A stretch of DNA of 64,000 nucleotides from Macrostomum lignano (Eukaryota). Location of the stretch: positions 279,134 through 343,133 of the forward strand of contig NIVC01001484.1 in assembly GCA_002269645.1 (NCBI GenBank), in the 5' to 3' direction. Of the stretch, positions 59,897 to 64,000 are shown piece after piece; position 1 is the first letter of the stretch; each line of letters begins with the position of its first letter. Under the pieces are notes generated by a model. The model did no database searches and had not been told where the DNA came from. It saw only the letters and a program-made list of their open reading frames with translations. The translations under genes and the position numbers were made by a program.

Positions 59897-60702
59897 CAGG
59901 GGTCGGCAAACTCCGGCCCTTGGATCTTTCTGAAACTTTACAATAGCAATTCGGTCTGCTGAAGGCCGGGTCTCTTCTCAGCTGTCTACTCTCTACTCTC
60001 CTTTTCTCTCCCCTCTCTCTCTCCTATCCTCTCGTCTCTTCCCTCTCCTATCCTCTCGTCTCTTCTCTCTCCTATCCTCTCGTCTCTTCTCTCTCCTATC
60101 CTCTCGTCTCTTCTCTCTCCTATCCTCTCGTCTCTTCTCTCTCCTATCCTCTCGACTCTTCCCTCTCCTATCCTCTCGTCTCTTCTCTCTCCTATCCTCT
60201 TGTCTCTTCTCTCTCCTATCCTCTCGTCTCTTCTCTCTCCTATCCTCTCGTCTTCTCTCTCCTATCCTCTCGTCTCTTCTCTCTCCTATCCTCTCGTCTC
60301 TTCCCTCTCCTATCCTCTCGTCTCTTCTCTCTCCTATCTTCTCGTCTCTTCTCTCTCCTATCCTCTCGTCTCTTCTCTCTCCTATCCTCTCGTCTCTTCC
60401 CTCTCCTATCCTCTCGTCTCTTCTCTCTCCCTTCCCCCTCCTATCCTCTCGACTCTTCCCTCTCCTATCCTCTCTCTCTCTTCTTCTCTCTCGTCTATCT
60501 CCTCTCTTCTCTAGTCTCTTCTCTCCTCTCCTCTCTCGACTCTCCGCTCTCCTCTTCTCACCTCTCTTTCTCTGTCTTCCCTCCTCTCTCATCCAATATC
60601 CTCTCCTTTATTACTTCGCCTCTCCTCTCCCCCTTTGGCCCGCAGTCATGCGCTAGTTTCTCCATCTAGCCCTTGAGGTAAAAAAAGTTTGCCGACCCGC
60701 TG
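59897..60702 (+). mobile_element. hAT-like MITE with both TIRs and a long CT-rich (ctctcctatcctctcgtctctt)n interior
   Basis: caggggtcggcaaact ... agtttgccgacccgctg; TSD not evident. Confidence 0.8.
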
Positions 60703-61604
60703 GGTTAGAAAGCACACCAAATTCCCCATATAAAGCTATAGCCAATGCTCAGTCAGTTAGGCTAATAAATGATGATAGCGCGACCGAAACTATAAACTTT
60801 ACAAACTAGAACTTAGAAGGCTCCGCTCTCAGTCAGCCGGTGTGTCGGGGTGGGGGTGGGCGGTGCAGTCTCTGTGCATGACAGTTTGGCCGCTTGCAGA
60901 CTTAAACTTCGAGCTCAAACTTGTTCTAAAAATTTATGCATCAAACCAACTCTAAAGAAAAGCTTTCTATCACTACCTCGGGGGGGGGGGGTCTTTTATG
61001 CTTTCAGTTACCTGCTGCTTTTGCAACAACCTAACCTACTCAATGTGGAGGGAGGGGGATAGGAAACTACTGAGACTGGCCTAGCTAGTTTCCATTTTAT
61101 GTCTCTACTAGGCAATAAGTTCGCTAACAATATTTCGAGTTAGGAATTTTCCACACCAGCGGCTAAAGTTGAAGATAAATGTTAGCTAGAAAGCCAAGCC
61201 AGCTTCATACTTCAAAAGACAAAACAATGAAAAAAACTTACAAAAACTGATAAGAAAAGGACAAGTCAAGGCAAGGACGTATTGATTCAAAATAATGGAC
61301 ACCAACAGTGTAAATCTATGTACAATAAACCGACGCACGACGATTCTGTCATGGCGTTAACGCTCAACTGTTAAAAAACAAGAATAGCACTCGAGGAAAA
61401 ACCAAAAAAATAATAAAACAGACAAAAACAAAACACGAAATTAAGGCAGCTGTCGTTACAAGCACAAAAAACTATGTTAGCAAATAAAAATCTTAGTAAA
61501 AACTGTCTTTTACTGACGGACGGAGCAAAGTGAATAAAGCAAACAAACAAATAAAGGAAACAAGCTACTAAAAGGAAAACAAAGGAGAAAGGAAAATTCC
61601 TATC

Positions 61605-62658
61605 TCAGATCAGGGTCAGCGGCACAGTCTGCCGGTGCTCGTCGCTCCCGGCGCTGGCCGCCGCCGCCGCCGCCCCGCCGTTCGCCACCACATCGTAATC
61701 GCCTGAGTAGGCGCTAGACGAGTGATTGGATGGCACAGGGATCTGCTCGGCCATGCCAGCAGATTGCTGCTGCTGCTGCAGAGACTGCAGGTAAATGGAC
61801 GGGTCAGCAGCATAAGCAGCGGTCAATCCGCTGTACATTTGATGCTGCGGCTGCTGCTGCATGTCCAGAGTTGCCGAGGAGTCCAAGTTAGAAAAAGCAG
61901 ACTGCTGGTCATAATGCTGCTGGTGATAGTGCTGTTGCTGCTGCTGTTGCTGCAACAGAAGAGCCGACTGCATGTGATGCGGATCAACATAAGGAGAGTA
62001 CAGATTCTGAGTCTGCTGCTGCCTGCTGCTCAGGCGCTAGGAGCATTTGGTAGCCGCTAATCTGGTGATGCTGATGAGCGCTAGATAGCAGATTCAACTG
62101 TTGTTGCAGACTCTGCTGATGGTGCTGGCCTAGCAACTGCTGGTTGGCTGGGTACCCCGAGACGGCTGCATTGTTATTGTCTGGATAGGCGTGGTACAAC
62201 TGCTGCTGCTGTGCTGCACGCTCAGGTGATCTTCTGGCGTCATCGACTGCTGCTTTTGCTTCTGTTGCGTTTTGGATTTTTGCTGTGGTTTCTGCTGTTG
62301 GCCAGCGGGCGCTGCGGCTCCAGTAGAAGCTGCGCCTGCGGCGCGTTTCTTCGACTTCGGCTTGTACTTATAGCCGGGATTCGCTCTCTTGTGCTCATCC
62401 TTGAGTCTGTTTGCCTCGTCAATGTAGCCTTTCTTCTCGTCATCGCGCATTGTTTTCCATTCTTCGCCCAGCTTCCTACTGATCTCAGAATTGTGCATCT
62501 TGGGATTCTCTTTAGCGATGGCTTTCCGTCGCAGTTTGGCCCAAACCATAAACGGGTTCATTGGCCGCTTCACGTGGCCGGCTGGGCTGGCGGTGGGTCG
62601 GCTGAGTCCGCTGGCAACAACTGGCCGGCTGAGTGGTCGGGAAGGCCTGTCATGCGGG
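61605..62658 (-). CDS. SoxB-like HMG-box transcription factor; reading frame interrupted by two compensating 1-nt indels (about 62210 and 62022); 5' end uncertain
   Basis: HVKRPMNPFMVWAKLRRKAIAKENPKMHNSEISRKLGEEW...YKYKP is a Sox HMG box. The Q-rich tail continues in a second frame (62210-62023) and then returns to the first frame, ending at TGA 61605-07. Acceptor cttgcag at 62659. Confidence 0.8.
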
Positions 62659-64000
62659 CTGCAAGATAATTTCAGTTATTTCTCTATGGTAAACATTGGC
62701 CTGTTTTCTGTCAAAAACCCAGTTTACCTCGGCTGATAAATTCAAAATCAGATAAAACACCAGCATCTCTACCTTAACATTTACATTTTGGAGCCTCTCT
62801 GACCCACAGACTGCCAAAACAGTTAAATAAGCTGACACAAAAGTATCTGATTCTAAGGGTTGCTATTTAAAATACTCAAATTTATTAATTTCAGTTGCTT
62901 CAATAGATGCAACTGCTGATTGGAAAAAAAGCCGCATAGATGATTATTGTTACTTATATCTATGGCCAAATCTACAACAATCATTATGCTTGTAGAAGCC
63001 AGCAAACAATTTATTCTGATTTAGTTCAAAGTGACATTTATAAGTTGATCAATAATCTACAATCATCTAGGAGATGTCTAATTGGCACCAATTTCAAAGC
63101 AGGGTTTAATAAATTAATATTTTTCTATATTTTACATTCTATTCAAAAATATTAATGATTTTAAAACTAATTGGGATACTTAGAAATTAAAGACTATTCT
63201 ATCTATTGTCAAAGATGAGTAATCTATCAACATCAATCTGCAGACTTCTAAAACTTCTTTGGGTTGCAGAGGCTCTTAGGTTTTTTAGTTAGAACCAAAG
63301 GATGTATGTACTCTAGCAAACTTCAAGTGACATTCTTACATAACTTGCCTATTCTACTAGTTCTCTTGGCCCTGAGCAGGCGCACATTCTGGTAAGTATA
63401 TAATAGCCCCAACTTTATTTATTGTTAGGCATATACACTTTACTATGCATTGGAGGTTGGTTTCAAAGATTTTGATTACATAAACAGAGCTAAGATAAGA
63501 TTCCAATTTAGCCTTAAACTATGACTACAATAGGAATATAGCCAATGGCATTAGCACATTTGAGTGATATAATAGACAAATAAGCTAGAGGCTTAGCAAT
63601 GAAAAAACAGTATATAAAGATAAGATATTATATTTGATTTTTTAAAATGTTGACCATTGCTAGCTAGCATCCTAGTTTATAGTTTGGTGGCCATCTTAAA
63701 TTTGAATCTAGAATGTCAAATGGCATTATGATTCTGATGCTTAAAATCCAAGGTTTTATAATTTTACAAAATAATAAGTTAATATTTTCTAATGAAAAAA
63801 GTTATTTTATATCAATCCTTTACAATACTTTACTATTTTTGATAATAAAAACATTATTTCTATTATCTAAATCTTTAAATCTAAAAGTTAAGTCACTATT
63901 GATGATACATAAAAGGATTATGCTACTACAATTTTCTTTAAAAAAACATATAAAAGAACCTTAAAACTCATCTAGCTTTTTCAATGAAATATTATTAATT

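Noticed and set aside
58728-60592. Ser/Leu/Pro-rich and Arg/Glu-rich ORFs (also 27541-28322)
   Set aside because: Products of CT/GA tracts inside MITEs.
62023-62210. An intron explaining the Sox frame break
   Set aside because: Only weak donor and acceptor candidates, and the segment has the same poly-Q coding character as the flanking exon sequence.

Overview
Eukaryotic (metazoan) genomic DNA: spliceosomal introns, GC-rich exons with poly-Q/poly-A runs, and AT-rich non-coding DNA. The density of intronic minisatellites and the coding style suggest a free-living flatworm such as Macrostomum; this is inference and was not verified. Genes reconstructed by hand from splice sites and homology recalled from memory: the 3' end of a TRAF gene (+), SLC17A9/VNUT (+, 4 exons), DAP3/MRPS29 (-, 3 exons, no in-frame ATG), an uncharacterised low-complexity nuclear protein (-), mitochondrial PheRS FARS2 (+), an orphan single-pass membrane protein (+), a KDM7/PHF8-type JmjC demethylase (+) that may be spliced to three C2H2 fingers, a calmodulin locus (-) and a SoxB-like HMG gene (-) with apparent frameshifts. 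Almost every intron longer than about 400 bp carries its own unrelated minisatellite. The 18.7-33.4 kb block is a CpG-depleted transposon graveyard with a full-length decayed mariner, a mariner-derived MITE, a solo LTR, a Tourist-like MITE and others. No rRNA, tRNA gene or CRISPR array was found. Strongest candidates for new biology: (1) one calmodulin exon 1 followed by two equal-length (300 nt) alternative terminal exons, one near-canonical and one with degenerate EF-hands; (2) DAP3 starting at a phase-0 acceptor with no ATG, as expected if a spliced-leader AUG supplies the start codon; (3) the one-array-per-intron architecture, including arrays built of splice-site-like motifs.
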